A stretch of 24,115 bases of DNA from Candidatus Altiarchaeota archaeon (GCA_043800705.1 JAZDMS010000039.1:1-24115), one strand, 5' to 3'; numbered from the stretch's first letter, positions 1-7,260 are shown. Numbers and translations: made by a program. Notes: generated from the sequence alone by a model not told the origin.

Positions 1-1
1 G

Positions 2-169
2 CCGAAAACTGAAAACCGAGAACTGAAAACTGAAAACGGAGGACTGAGAACTGAAAACCGAGAACTGAAAACTGAAAACGGAGGACTGAGAACTGAAAAC
101 CGAGAACTGAAAACTGAAAACGGAGGACTGAGAACTGAAAACCGAGAACTGAAAACTGAAAACCGAGAA
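2..169 (+). repeat. 24 tandem 7-bp units (CTGAAAA/CCGAGAA/CGGAGGA/CTGAGAA) with a 42-bp super-period, inside a CDS
   Basis: Read directly from the sequence; encodes 8 heptads. May extend left of the window. Confidence 0.97.
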
Positions 170-382
170 TCGGATACTGGCATCCTTACGGACAGGCAGA
201 GGGATATCTTGAGGGTCATCGGCGAGGAGGGTAGGCCCATCAATCAGACGTTGGTGTGCGAGAGGCTCGGCCTGCCGAAGTCGTCTGTGTCGAGGAACGT
301 CGACGGCCTCGAGAGGATGGGGCTCATAAAGAAGACGAGGAACGGGATGAGCACGATGCTGGAGATGAGGGGAGGGGGCTAG
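2..382 (+). CDS. 3' part of a winged-helix transcription regulator (COG2512-like C-terminal wHTH) preceded by a heptad-repeat linker; 5' end outside window
   Basis: Not in the ORF track. Frame +2 is open from the window edge to TAG 380-382 and reads (LKTENGG/LRTENRE)n-SDTGILTDRQRDILRVIGEEGRPINQTLVCERLGLPKSSVSRNVDGLERMGLIKKTRNGMSTMLEMRGGG, a typical wHTH. It resembles the wHTH of 19163-19573. Confidence 0.85.
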   Translation, partial: PKTENRELKTENGGLRTENRELKTENGGLRTENRELKTENGGLRTENRELKTENRESDTGILTDRQRDILRVIGEEGRPINQTLVCERLGLPKSSVSRNVDGLERMGLIKKTRNGMSTMLEMRGGG

Positions 383-387
383 TTGCG

Positions 388-768
388 ATGAAAATAAGGC
401 GAATGTGGATTTTTTCTGTTGTAGATTACTTCCCTTGGGCAATCTTCCCGGTTTTGTTTTTTATCATCGGCGATGACATTCTTCTTTCAGGTGGGTTTTT
501 AGGTTATTTTTTCCTGATTTATTGGATATTATCAGCTATTCGGTTGGCTCTGATTAATTTGTACCCTAAGGATGCGGTTGAATACAATAGGTTCATCGTT
601 GAGTATTTCAAATCGGTCCCGTTCTTTTTAAGATTCTTGAAGCATCTGCGTTTTTGGGGTGTCGATTTTTTGGTGCTGGACCGGAAAACCATGCGTAAAA
701 TAAATTTCGTCCAGGTTATGGTCCTCATCGTCTATGCAATATTCCTCTATGTGTATATGATGCCTTGA
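388..768 (+). CDS. Hypothetical membrane protein (126 aa, about 3 TM), AT-rich
   Basis: ATG 388 lies just after the upstream stop. The track's longer start at 256 overlaps the wHTH gene. Hydrophobic segments present. Confidence 0.65.
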   Translation: MKIRRMWIFSVVDYFPWAIFPVLFFIIGDDILLSGGFLGYFFLIYWILSAIRLALINLYPKDAVEYNRFIVEYFKSVPFFLRFLKHLRFWGVDFLVLDRKTMRKINFVQVMVLIVYAIFLYVYMMP

Positions 769-810
769 GTATTGGATGGCCTTACAATTGATTATGGGCT
801 TGGATGTCCG

Positions 811-871
811 GTCTCCCGGTTGTTCCGCCATTTTCCGGCCTTTTCCGCCGATAGGGTCTTATGCTGTTCCA
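811..871 (+). promoter_or_regulatory. Phased direct repeats T(G/T)TTCC at 821, 831, 841 and 865 flanking a weak TATA-like element; candidate activator sites
   Basis: tgttccg/ttttccg/ttttccg at 10-bp period, then gtcttatg, then tgttcca. RBS GGAGGTGG precedes ATG 901. Confidence 0.55.
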
Positions 872-900
872 GCGTATTGGCTTGTGGAGGTGGTTCATTT

Positions 901-2067
901 ATGAAAAAGGTTTTGGTTTTGTCGGCTGCGCTGCTCGTCCTGTTGGCGGGTATTGCGGCCGCGCAGGAGGACAGCCAGACTGAGGCCTTCGGGTCCGCTC
1001 TGGGCGCGAAGGTGAGGCTGTTGCAGCTTGAGGCTTCGCTTGAGCGAAACATCGGAATAGGCGATGCCGTGGTCGCGGCCATAGGAGAGGCGAACTCGAG
1101 CGCCGACACCGGCGGGCTTGAGGCTGTTCTCGCAGAGATGGCTGCTTTGGGGGATGAGGTCGGGGCGGCCTCTGATAATCCCGGTAGCGGCGACGAGGCT
1201 GCGAGGGATTTCGTAGACATGAAGGACGATGCGAGGGAGCTGTCGAAGAGGTTCCGCGAGGAGGCGAGGAGCCTTGTGAATCCGGGTGAGCTCGAAGGGG
1301 TGAGGGGGAGGATAGGCAATATCACCAGGCAGGAGAGGAAGGAGCTGAAGGATGAGCTGAACCGGACGCGCCTGGAATATAACGCGCAGAAGCTCGAGGA
1401 TGCGCTTGGCGCCATCGGAGCGTCTAATCCCGCCCTCGTGGAGCAGGTAAGGGGCGGAGAGGCAGGGATGAAGGAGATAAAGGACTTCCTCAAAGACGCC
1501 GAATGCAACATGACCAGGAAGGAGCGGCATGATGCCATGCTTGCTTTGCAGGAGCAGTTCGCGAAGGGTCGCGTCTTCGCCAACGCCGTCGCGGACAAGG
1601 TGAGGTACAACCAGCTCGAGCGCGTCCAGAAAAGGATGGAGAGGAGGCTCGATCGTGCGGATGAGCTGAACCTCAGCGACGGAGCCAAGAACAGACTACA
1701 GAACAGGACGGGATGGGTCGAAGGCAGGATGGACGACATCAGGGAGCGGGTAGAGGTGAGGGTGGGCAGGATCGGCAACACCACCGCTAAGAGGATAGAG
1801 AACGTCGACAGGCTCATCGGGAAGGTCGAGGACCGCGGGGAAAAGCTGAGCGAGAGGATCGAGGAGAGGCTTGAAGGAGGGAACCTCACCGGGAACCGGA
1901 CGGAGCATCTGGAGAACAGGCTTGGCCGCGTGGAGAACAGGACCGACGCCATCGTCGATAGGCTTGAGGACAGGAAGGACGAGATAGAGGATAAGGGGCA
2001 GAAGCTGATGGACAAGGCCGGGAACATAGGAGGAAACGGCAATGGGGGGGGCGGACATGACGATTAG
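901..2067 (+). CDS. Secreted all-helical/coiled-coil protein (388 aa)
   Basis: RBS GGAGGTGG, ATG 901, signal peptide MKKVLVLSAALLVLLAGIAAA. E/R/K/L-rich helical body with an internal repeat. Confidence 0.85.
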   Translation: MKKVLVLSAALLVLLAGIAAAQEDSQTEAFGSALGAKVRLLQLEASLERNIGIGDAVVAAIGEANSSADTGGLEAVLAEMAALGDEVGAASDNPGSGDEAARDFVDMKDDARELSKRFREEARSLVNPGELEGVRGRIGNITRQERKELKDELNRTRLEYNAQKLEDALGAIGASNPALVEQVRGGEAGMKEIKDFLKDAECNMTRKERHDAMLALQEQFAKGRVFANAVADKVRYNQLERVQKRMERRLDRADELNLSDGAKNRLQNRTGWVEGRMDDIRERVEVRVGRIGNTTAKRIENVDRLIGKVEDRGEKLSERIEERLEGGNLTGNRTEHLENRLGRVENRTDAIVDRLEDRKDEIEDKGQKLMDKAGNIGGNGNGGGGHDD

Positions 2068-2254
2068 GGTTTTGTTCGTGTTCGTCTTCGCAGCCTTGGT
2101 CCTGGGATGCCTGGGCGGACAGACAGATGAGTCCTCTACGATCCAGGGGGCGACGGTCACGTCGGCCGATTCAGGCCCGGGGCAGCCGTTAGCCGATGCG
2201 GACGTGCCGTTCATCGAAGAAGGCGACGCCGTGGAAATAGGCGAAATGATTTAG
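2057..2254 (+). CDS. Small putative lipoprotein (65 aa) with acidic tail
   Basis: Overlaps the upstream stop. MTIRVLFVFVFAALVLGC has a lipobox-like LGC; ends EEGDAVEIGEMI. Confidence 0.7.
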   Translation: MTIRVLFVFVFAALVLGCLGGQTDESSTIQGATVTSADSGPGQPLADADVPFIEEGDAVEIGEMI

Positions 2255-2265
2255 CCGAAAAAACA

Positions 2266-2304
2266 GGGGGTGGTTTAGCCCCAATTTCCTCTTTTTCTGG
2301 TTTC
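2266..2304 (+). terminator. Possible terminator (GGGG..CCCC stem plus pyrimidine/T tract)
   Basis: ggggtggtttagcccc followed by aatttcctctttttctggtttc after the operon stop. Confidence 0.45.
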
Positions 2305-2354
2305 TAACAGGATACTCCAGGCTTTTTAAGGGACGTGGCGTATTATAGTCTATC

Positions 2355-2459
2355 ATGAAGAAGCCCTCTTTTATCTATCAGACGGTATCGTTCGGCGAGG
2401 AGTACTTCAGCAATAACCCTATACTGCGTCTCTACTTGTTCTTGCGGCTGCGGGCTTAG
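2355..2459 (+). CDS. Putative leader peptide (34 aa) with a Leu-rich C-terminus, upstream of leuA
   Basis: MKKPSFIYQTVSFGEEYFSNNPILRLYLFLRLRA. TATA-like TTTTTAAG at 2323-2330 lies about 25 nt before the ATG. Confidence 0.5.
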   Translation: MKKPSFIYQTVSFGEEYFSNNPILRLYLFLRLRA

Positions 2460-2547
2460 ATTCCGCCCGTCTCTAAGGCCCGTCTTAGGCATTCTAATTG
2501 GTTTTATTTTCCAAGGTTGCGATTTATTTAAGAGGTATGGATGTGAC

Positions 2548-4071
2548 ATGGAACAGTTTACATATGACAGGCAGGTGAAGCCGAAGACCGTGCCGAAGAG
2601 GATAAGCATATTCGACACGACGCTGAGGGACGGGGAGCAGACCCCGGGCGTCAACTACAGCATAGACGACAAGAGGCGGATAGCGGAGGCCCTGAGCAGG
2701 ATGGGCGTCAAGTACGTCGAGGCCGGTTTTCCGGTATCCAGCGACGGGGCGTTCCAGGCCGTGAAGGAGGTCGCCGGGATGGGACTGAAGTGCGAGGTCG
2801 TCGGACTGGCCAGGTGCATGGAGAAGGACATCGACGCGGCGGCCGATGCGGGAGTGGACATGGTCCACATCTTCATCGGGACTTCCCCTATGCATAGGGA
2901 GTATAAGCTGGAGATGACGAAGGCCCAGGTGCTGAGGAAGGCGCAGGAGAGCATCCAGTATGCGAAGGACCGCGGGTGCAGGGTGCATTTCAGCCCCGAG
3001 GATGCGTGCAGGACCGAGATCGAATTCCTGAAGGAGGTCTGCGCGATGGCGGATGGCATGGGCGTGGAGCACATCAACATCCCCGACACCGTCGGAGTCA
3101 TGACCCCGCAGGCCATCGCCTGGCTGATCGCCGAGCTGAGGAAAGGCGTGAATATACCTTTCGCGGTGCACTGCCACAACGACTTCGGGCAGGCGACCGC
3201 CAACACCATCAGCGCCATTACGGCGGGAGCCACGATTCCGCATGTGACGGTGAACGGCACAGGCGAGAGGGCTGGGAACACGTCCCTTGAGCAGGTCGTG
3301 ATGGGATGCAAGCTGATATACGGGATAGAGACCGGGATAAGGACGGAGAGTATCTGGGAGACATCGAGGCTGGTGGAGAGGCTGTCAGGGATAAAGGTTA
3401 TGCCGAACTTCCCGATCGTCGGAGGAAACGCATTCGCCCACGAGAGCGGCATCCACGTCCACGCCATCCTGAAGAAGGCCGCGACCTACGAGGCTATCAG
3501 GCCCGAGATGGTCGGCACTGAGAGGAAGATAGTGATAGGGAAGCTGATCGGCTCCGCAGGCGTGAAGGACAGGCTGAAGGCGATGGGAGTGAAGGTCTCG
3601 GACGAGCAGGCCCGCGAGATCACCGCGAAGGTGAAGGACCTCGGCGACAAGGGCAAGAAGGTGATGGAGGAGGACCTTCAGGCGATAGCGGAAGACATGG
3701 TCGGGAAGGGCTCGAGGAAGGAGAGATTCGTCGAGCTGAAGGATATGACCCTCCACGCCGAATACGGCGACAAGCCGACGGCGTCGGTCGCCCTGATAGT
3801 GAAAGGCAAGGAGAAATACGCAAGGGAGCATGGAGTCGGCCCGGTCGACGCGACCCTGAACGCCATAAGGGCCGCAGTCGGCGACAAGGACATACAACTG
3901 GACGAGTTCCACCTGGATGCGATCACCGGAGGCTCCAATGCCCTTGCAGACGTCAGCATCCGAGTCAGCAAGAATGGCAGGAGCGTGATGGCCAGAGGAG
4001 TACATGAGGATGTCGTAATGGCCTCGGTGATAGCCTTCATCAACGGAGTCAACCGGATAATGCGCAAATAG
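2548..4071 (+). CDS. leuA: 2-isopropylmalate synthase / citramalate synthase family (LeuA/CimA) with C-terminal regulatory domain
   Basis: Motifs DTTLRDGEQTPG, EAGFP, HCHNDFG, NGTGERAGN, AHESGIH and GVGPVDA. LeuA versus CimA cannot be settled by eye. Confidence 0.9.
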   Translation: MEQFTYDRQVKPKTVPKRISIFDTTLRDGEQTPGVNYSIDDKRRIAEALSRMGVKYVEAGFPVSSDGAFQAVKEVAGMGLKCEVVGLARCMEKDIDAAADAGVDMVHIFIGTSPMHREYKLEMTKAQVLRKAQESIQYAKDRGCRVHFSPEDACRTEIEFLKEVCAMADGMGVEHINIPDTVGVMTPQAIAWLIAELRKGVNIPFAVHCHNDFGQATANTISAITAGATIPHVTVNGTGERAGNTSLEQVVMGCKLIYGIETGIRTESIWETSRLVERLSGIKVMPNFPIVGGNAFAHESGIHVHAILKKAATYEAIRPEMVGTERKIVIGKLIGSAGVKDRLKAMGVKVSDEQAREITAKVKDLGDKGKKVMEEDLQAIAEDMVGKGSRKERFVELKDMTLHAEYGDKPTASVALIVKGKEKYAREHGVGPVDATLNAIRAAVGDKDIQLDEFHLDAITGGSNALADVSIRVSKNGRSVMARGVHEDVVMASVIAFINGVNRIMRK

Positions 4072-4202
4072 AGGCATAAGTATAATCCGGCAGAGGAGCC
4101 GACAGGCTCCTCCTTCGCCAGCCTTAGTAAGGCTGGTACATGAGGATGTCGTAATGGCCTCGGTGATAGCCTTCATCAACGGAGTCAACCGGATAATGCG
4201 CA
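4000..4202 (+). repeat. Exact 67-bp direct repeat of the leuA 3' region (4000-4066 = 4136-4202) flanking a two-hairpin insert
   Basis: gtacatgaggatgtc...ggataatgcgca occurs twice. Hairpins at 4093-4112 and 4118-4136. Confidence 0.97.
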
Positions 4203-4245
4203 TCATCGACGGAGTCAACAGGATAACAGGATAATGCGGAAGTGA
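4203..4245 (+). pseudogene. Diverged relic of the last 11 codons of leuA, with an internal 8-bp duplication
   Basis: Aligns to 4037-4071 with mostly synonymous changes; caggataa is doubled at 4219-4234. Confidence 0.8.
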
Positions 4246-4270
4246 GGGGCGGTTTTATTTTTCCCGCCCC
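4246..4270 (+). terminator. Stem-loop with T-rich loop followed by a long T-rich tract; probable leuA terminator
   Basis: ggggcgg-ttttattttt-c-ccgcccc, then T runs to about 4370. Confidence 0.55.
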
Positions 4271-4375
4271 CGTCATTTTCCGGGGCGGTTTATGTTTTTT
4301 GTGATTTTTAGGTTTTGCCGGCGGTTTTTCCCGTTTTTTTCGTTTTTATTTTCGGTTTCGTATCTATTTTCTAGC

Positions 4376-5854
4376 ATGAAATCGAAGGTTTCGGGTTTGC
4401 TGGTTTTTTTGTTTTTGGCGTCTTCTGTCTCGGCCTGGAGCGACGCAGTCGACAGGCAGCTATGCAATGACGTGGCCACTATCGTCTGGGGCCCTTCGGT
4501 GGCGAACAGCTGCCTAGGCTCCTTCGACACAGGCGCCCAGGAGGGCGTCTGTTCCCTGTACGGGGACAGGAAATCCGACTGCGAATCCTTGGCTGTCGAC
4601 TCTCCAGCCGTCATCCCAAACCAGCTCGGGGAGGGGCAGCTCGAGCAGGCAGGAGACTGCCCGATAACCAGGACGCCCGAGAACGGCTACCTCTGCGCGA
4701 AAAAGACCGATGCGATCGAGGCCGCCAGGGAATGGACCGCCGCGGCCGGGACTGCGGCCAACCAGTGCGAGAGGATCGGCAGGTTCTGTGTCGCAGCCAA
4801 TTACATGGCTCAGGCATATGACCCGTTCTCGTCGGTCATCAACTTCGACAGGACCTGCCAGGACGTCTCCAACCGCAGGATCGACTTTGGGGTCGTCAAC
4901 AACCAGACAAACTGGGGCACCAACGTTGTCTGCAACTTCGACTATTTCATCGGCCTCGCAGGGGGGCAGATAGCGAAGAACTACAGCCAGAACGTCCAGG
5001 TCACAAGCAGGATGATCAACACGATAAAGAGCAATTTGACGGCCGAGGCGCGCCTATTGAAGAACAAGCCGTACCCGAGGCAGCCGACCACAACCACTAC
5101 GCTTCCCGGCCAGAATGCCAGCGCGGACCCGACGCTGTATTGCATGACCGACGAGGACTGCATGGTCACGCAGTCAGGGTGCTGCGACTGCAACCAGGGA
5201 GGCTCCAATGCAGCGATTGGCGTTAAGTTCAATGCAGAGTGGGTTAAGACCCTCGAGCAAAGGTGTAGGAACATCTCATGCATACAGGCGATATCCAACG
5301 ACGTCTCATGCAAGTCGACGGCGGTCTGCGAAGGCCACGTCTGCTCCTTGAAGGCCGTCGTGCCCACGACGACAACGACCGCGACAACAACTTCATCGAC
5401 GACAACGACGTCGTCCACGACGTCCACCACCGTGACGACGACCACGCTTCCTGCGGCGACCACGACGACGCTGAAGGAGGGGACGTCCGCAATGAGTCTC
5501 GCACTATATGCGATCGTTTTCCTTGTTGTCGTTGCCGGGGCGTATTTCCTGGCTGCGCCGCTGATAAAAGGATCCGATGACGGCTCAGACGACAGGGAAT
5601 CAAGGGGCGGACTGAGGGGTTTCGGAGGCAGGGACGGCAAGATAGAATCCTACGGGGCCTCGAGGCTCGGCGACGCCGACAGGTCCGCGAAGCCGAAACA
5701 TATGATCCCGATGAAGGATAGGAAGGAGAAGCCGAAGGAACAATATAACGAGCCCCAGAGAAGGGAGGAATCCGAGAAGCCCGCAGGCAAGGGCAGGGTG
5801 AGGAGCCTCTTCCATGAGCCGAAGGGGGACGACACCACCCTCGGAAAGAGATAA
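4376..5854 (+). CDS. Membrane-anchored cell-surface protein (492 aa): Cys-rich helical N-domain, 8-Cys module, Thr-rich stalk, TM, charged cytoplasmic tail
   Basis: ATG 4376 begins signal peptide MKSKVSGLLVFLFLASSVSA. Contains CMTDEDC..GCCDC..C..C..C..C, TTTT runs and TM LALYAIVFLVVVAGAYFLA. Confidence 0.85.
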   Translation: MKSKVSGLLVFLFLASSVSAWSDAVDRQLCNDVATIVWGPSVANSCLGSFDTGAQEGVCSLYGDRKSDCESLAVDSPAVIPNQLGEGQLEQAGDCPITRTPENGYLCAKKTDAIEAAREWTAAAGTAANQCERIGRFCVAANYMAQAYDPFSSVINFDRTCQDVSNRRIDFGVVNNQTNWGTNVVCNFDYFIGLAGGQIAKNYSQNVQVTSRMINTIKSNLTAEARLLKNKPYPRQPTTTTTLPGQNASADPTLYCMTDEDCMVTQSGCCDCNQGGSNAAIGVKFNAEWVKTLEQRCRNISCIQAISNDVSCKSTAVCEGHVCSLKAVVPTTTTTATTTSSTTTTSSTTSTTVTTTTLPAATTTTLKEGTSAMSLALYAIVFLVVVAGAYFLAAPLIKGSDDGSDDRESRGGLRGFGGRDGKIESYGASRLGDADRSAKPKHMIPMKDRKEKPKEQYNEPQRREESEKPAGKGRVRSLFHEPKGDDTTLGKR

Positions 5855-5860
5855 AATCAC

Positions 5861-5885
5861 CAAAATCGCGTTACGCGCGATTTTG
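5861..5885. terminator. 10-bp-stem hairpin between convergent genes
   Basis: caaaatcgcg-ttacg-cgcgattttg. Confidence 0.55.
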
Positions 5886-5942
5886 ACATTATATTTCGAA
5901 CAGATTTCGGCCGCGGCTAAAGGCCACAGTACAAAATAATTC

Positions 5943-6536
5943 TTAGGCCTTGCCTCTCGACTGGCCTGTGACTATTCCCCTGGCTATGAGGTGGGCGACC
6001 CTGAGGGGCTCAGGCACCTTGCTTCTGGTCGCGGACAGTCGGACTATGGAGGATGCGTCGTCGAATCCTATCCCCGCAGCCTGTATGTGTATCCTTTTTC
6101 CCCCCCTGACCTCGACTGCTGCCGGTTCCCCCGCCGCCTTTATCAGCGTCCACCTCCTCTGCCATTCCGCTGTGTGCTTTAGCGCCGCCTTTATGGCTTC
6201 GAAGTCCGGCATATCCCGCGTGACGGCGATCACGGGGATCCCCGTCTCCTCGAAGAGGTCGCCGATGTCCAGGACGTTGAAGCCTCCGAAAGCGATTCCG
6301 TCGACCATGACGACGCGGACGTCCCTGAACCTGCGGGCTTTGACGAGGGACGTCAGCTTTTCCGTGGAGTCTAGGCCGTCGACGGCGACCTTCGTCGACA
6401 TGACCCCGTCCATCCATCTGCCGCCGCGGAAGACGCATCCGACGACGAGGGTCTCCCTGTCGCCGCGGCGGAACGGCCCGTCGTCGAAGCCGAGTATCCT
6501 GACCTCGTCCTTTATGGAGTAGAAGCTGACGGCCAC
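5943..6536 (-). CDS. DUF99 family protein (endonuclease V-like fold)
   Basis: RILGFDDGPF, VDGLDST, VMVDGIAFGGFNVLD, PEPLRVAHLIARG; GTG start. Confidence 0.9.
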   Translation of the reverse strand: MAVSFYSIKDEVRILGFDDGPFRRGDRETLVVGCVFRGGRWMDGVMSTKVAVDGLDSTEKLTSLVKARRFRDVRVVMVDGIAFGGFNVLDIGDLFEETGIPVIAVTRDMPDFEAIKAALKHTAEWQRRWTLIKAAGEPAAVEVRGGKRIHIQAAGIGFDDASSIVRLSATRSKVPEPLRVAHLIARGIVTGQSRGKA

Positions 6537-6611
6537 ATTTTTAGGATAGGCGTATGGGATTAAATGCGGATATTCGGGGGGCGTTTTATCCGTTGACTGC
6601 CAGTCTTATAC

Positions 6612-7202
6612 ATGATATCAGAGGCACGCGCCCTAAGGGTGTTGGCGAGGCTCGATTCTCCCTGGAGGATCCAGGAGTACCTTAACAGTCTCCCGTACGA
6701 CCACGTCGACGGATGCGTTTCCCCGCTCAACGTCGTGAGGGAGGGGAAGGCCCAATGCCTCGAAGGCGCCCTACTGGCGGCAGCATGCCTCATGATGGCG
6801 GGCAGGAGGCCATTGATCGTGGACCTGAGGGCCTACAGGGACGACGACCACGTCATAGCAGTCTTCAGGGAAGGCGGCCTCTGGGGTGCGGTGTCCAAGT
6901 CCAGCTTCATCACGCTGGAGTACCGGGAGCCGGCCTACAGGAGCATTAGGGAGCTTGCGATGAGCTACTTCGATTTCTACATCGACGGGAGGGCCAGGAT
7001 ATCCCTCAGGGAGTATTCTAGGCCGATGGATTTGAGGAGGTTCGGCGACGGCTGGGTCAGCTCCGAAAAGGACCTCGAATACATCGGCGGGCTCCTGGAC
7101 GAGACCGCCCACTATCGGCTCGTGAAGAAGGGCGCGAAGCTGAAGAAGAAGGACGGCGCCCTCCTGGAAAGGACTTGGACCGCGAGGCCGGCGAAGGATT
7201 AG
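6612..7202 (+). CDS. Transglutaminase-like / papain-fold putative cysteine enzyme
   Basis: IQEYLNSLPYD, SPLNVVREGKAQCLEGALLAAA (Cys), DDDHVIAVF (His), WGAVSKS. Confidence 0.75.
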   Translation: MISEARALRVLARLDSPWRIQEYLNSLPYDHVDGCVSPLNVVREGKAQCLEGALLAAACLMMAGRRPLIVDLRAYRDDDHVIAVFREGGLWGAVSKSSFITLEYREPAYRSIRELAMSYFDFYIDGRARISLREYSRPMDLRRFGDGWVSSEKDLEYIGGLLDETAHYRLVKKGAKLKKKDGALLERTWTARPAKD

Positions 7203-7260
7203 TCGTGGAATTCCATCGTCTCGTCTGATTAGTCGTGGAATTCCATCGTCTCGTCTGATT
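7197..7260. repeat. Perfect 30-bp tandem duplication covering the MFS gene 3' end at a convergent-gene junction
   Basis: gattagtcgtggaattccatcgtctcgtct x2, followed by gatt. Confidence 0.97.

Noticed and set aside
2-169. Repeat array as CRISPR
   Set aside because: Contiguous 7-bp units with no unique spacers, and it lies in an open coding frame.
256-387. N-terminal extension of the 256..768 ORF
   Set aside because: It is an alternate frame of the wHTH gene; ATG 388 is the more plausible start.
792-2042. 416-aa antisense ORF and similar long shadow ORFs (2655-3467, 6771-8312, 8954-9658, 13971-15188, 21805-22542)
   Set aside because: They lie opposite or out of frame to clearly recognisable genes and have biased composition, as expected in GC-rich DNA.
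4000-4245. Diversity-generating retroelement VR/TR pair
   Set aside because: The main copies are identical, differences in the relic copy are not adenine-specific, the target is a metabolic enzyme and no reverse transcriptase is present.
4292-4375. Phe-rich N-terminal extension of the 520-aa ORF
   Set aside because: Translation of an intergenic T-rich tract; a proper signal peptide starts at ATG 4376.
5360-5472. ACG/ACC/ACA trinucleotide-like repeat
   Set aside because: Simply encodes a Thr-rich stalk, common in archaeal surface proteins.
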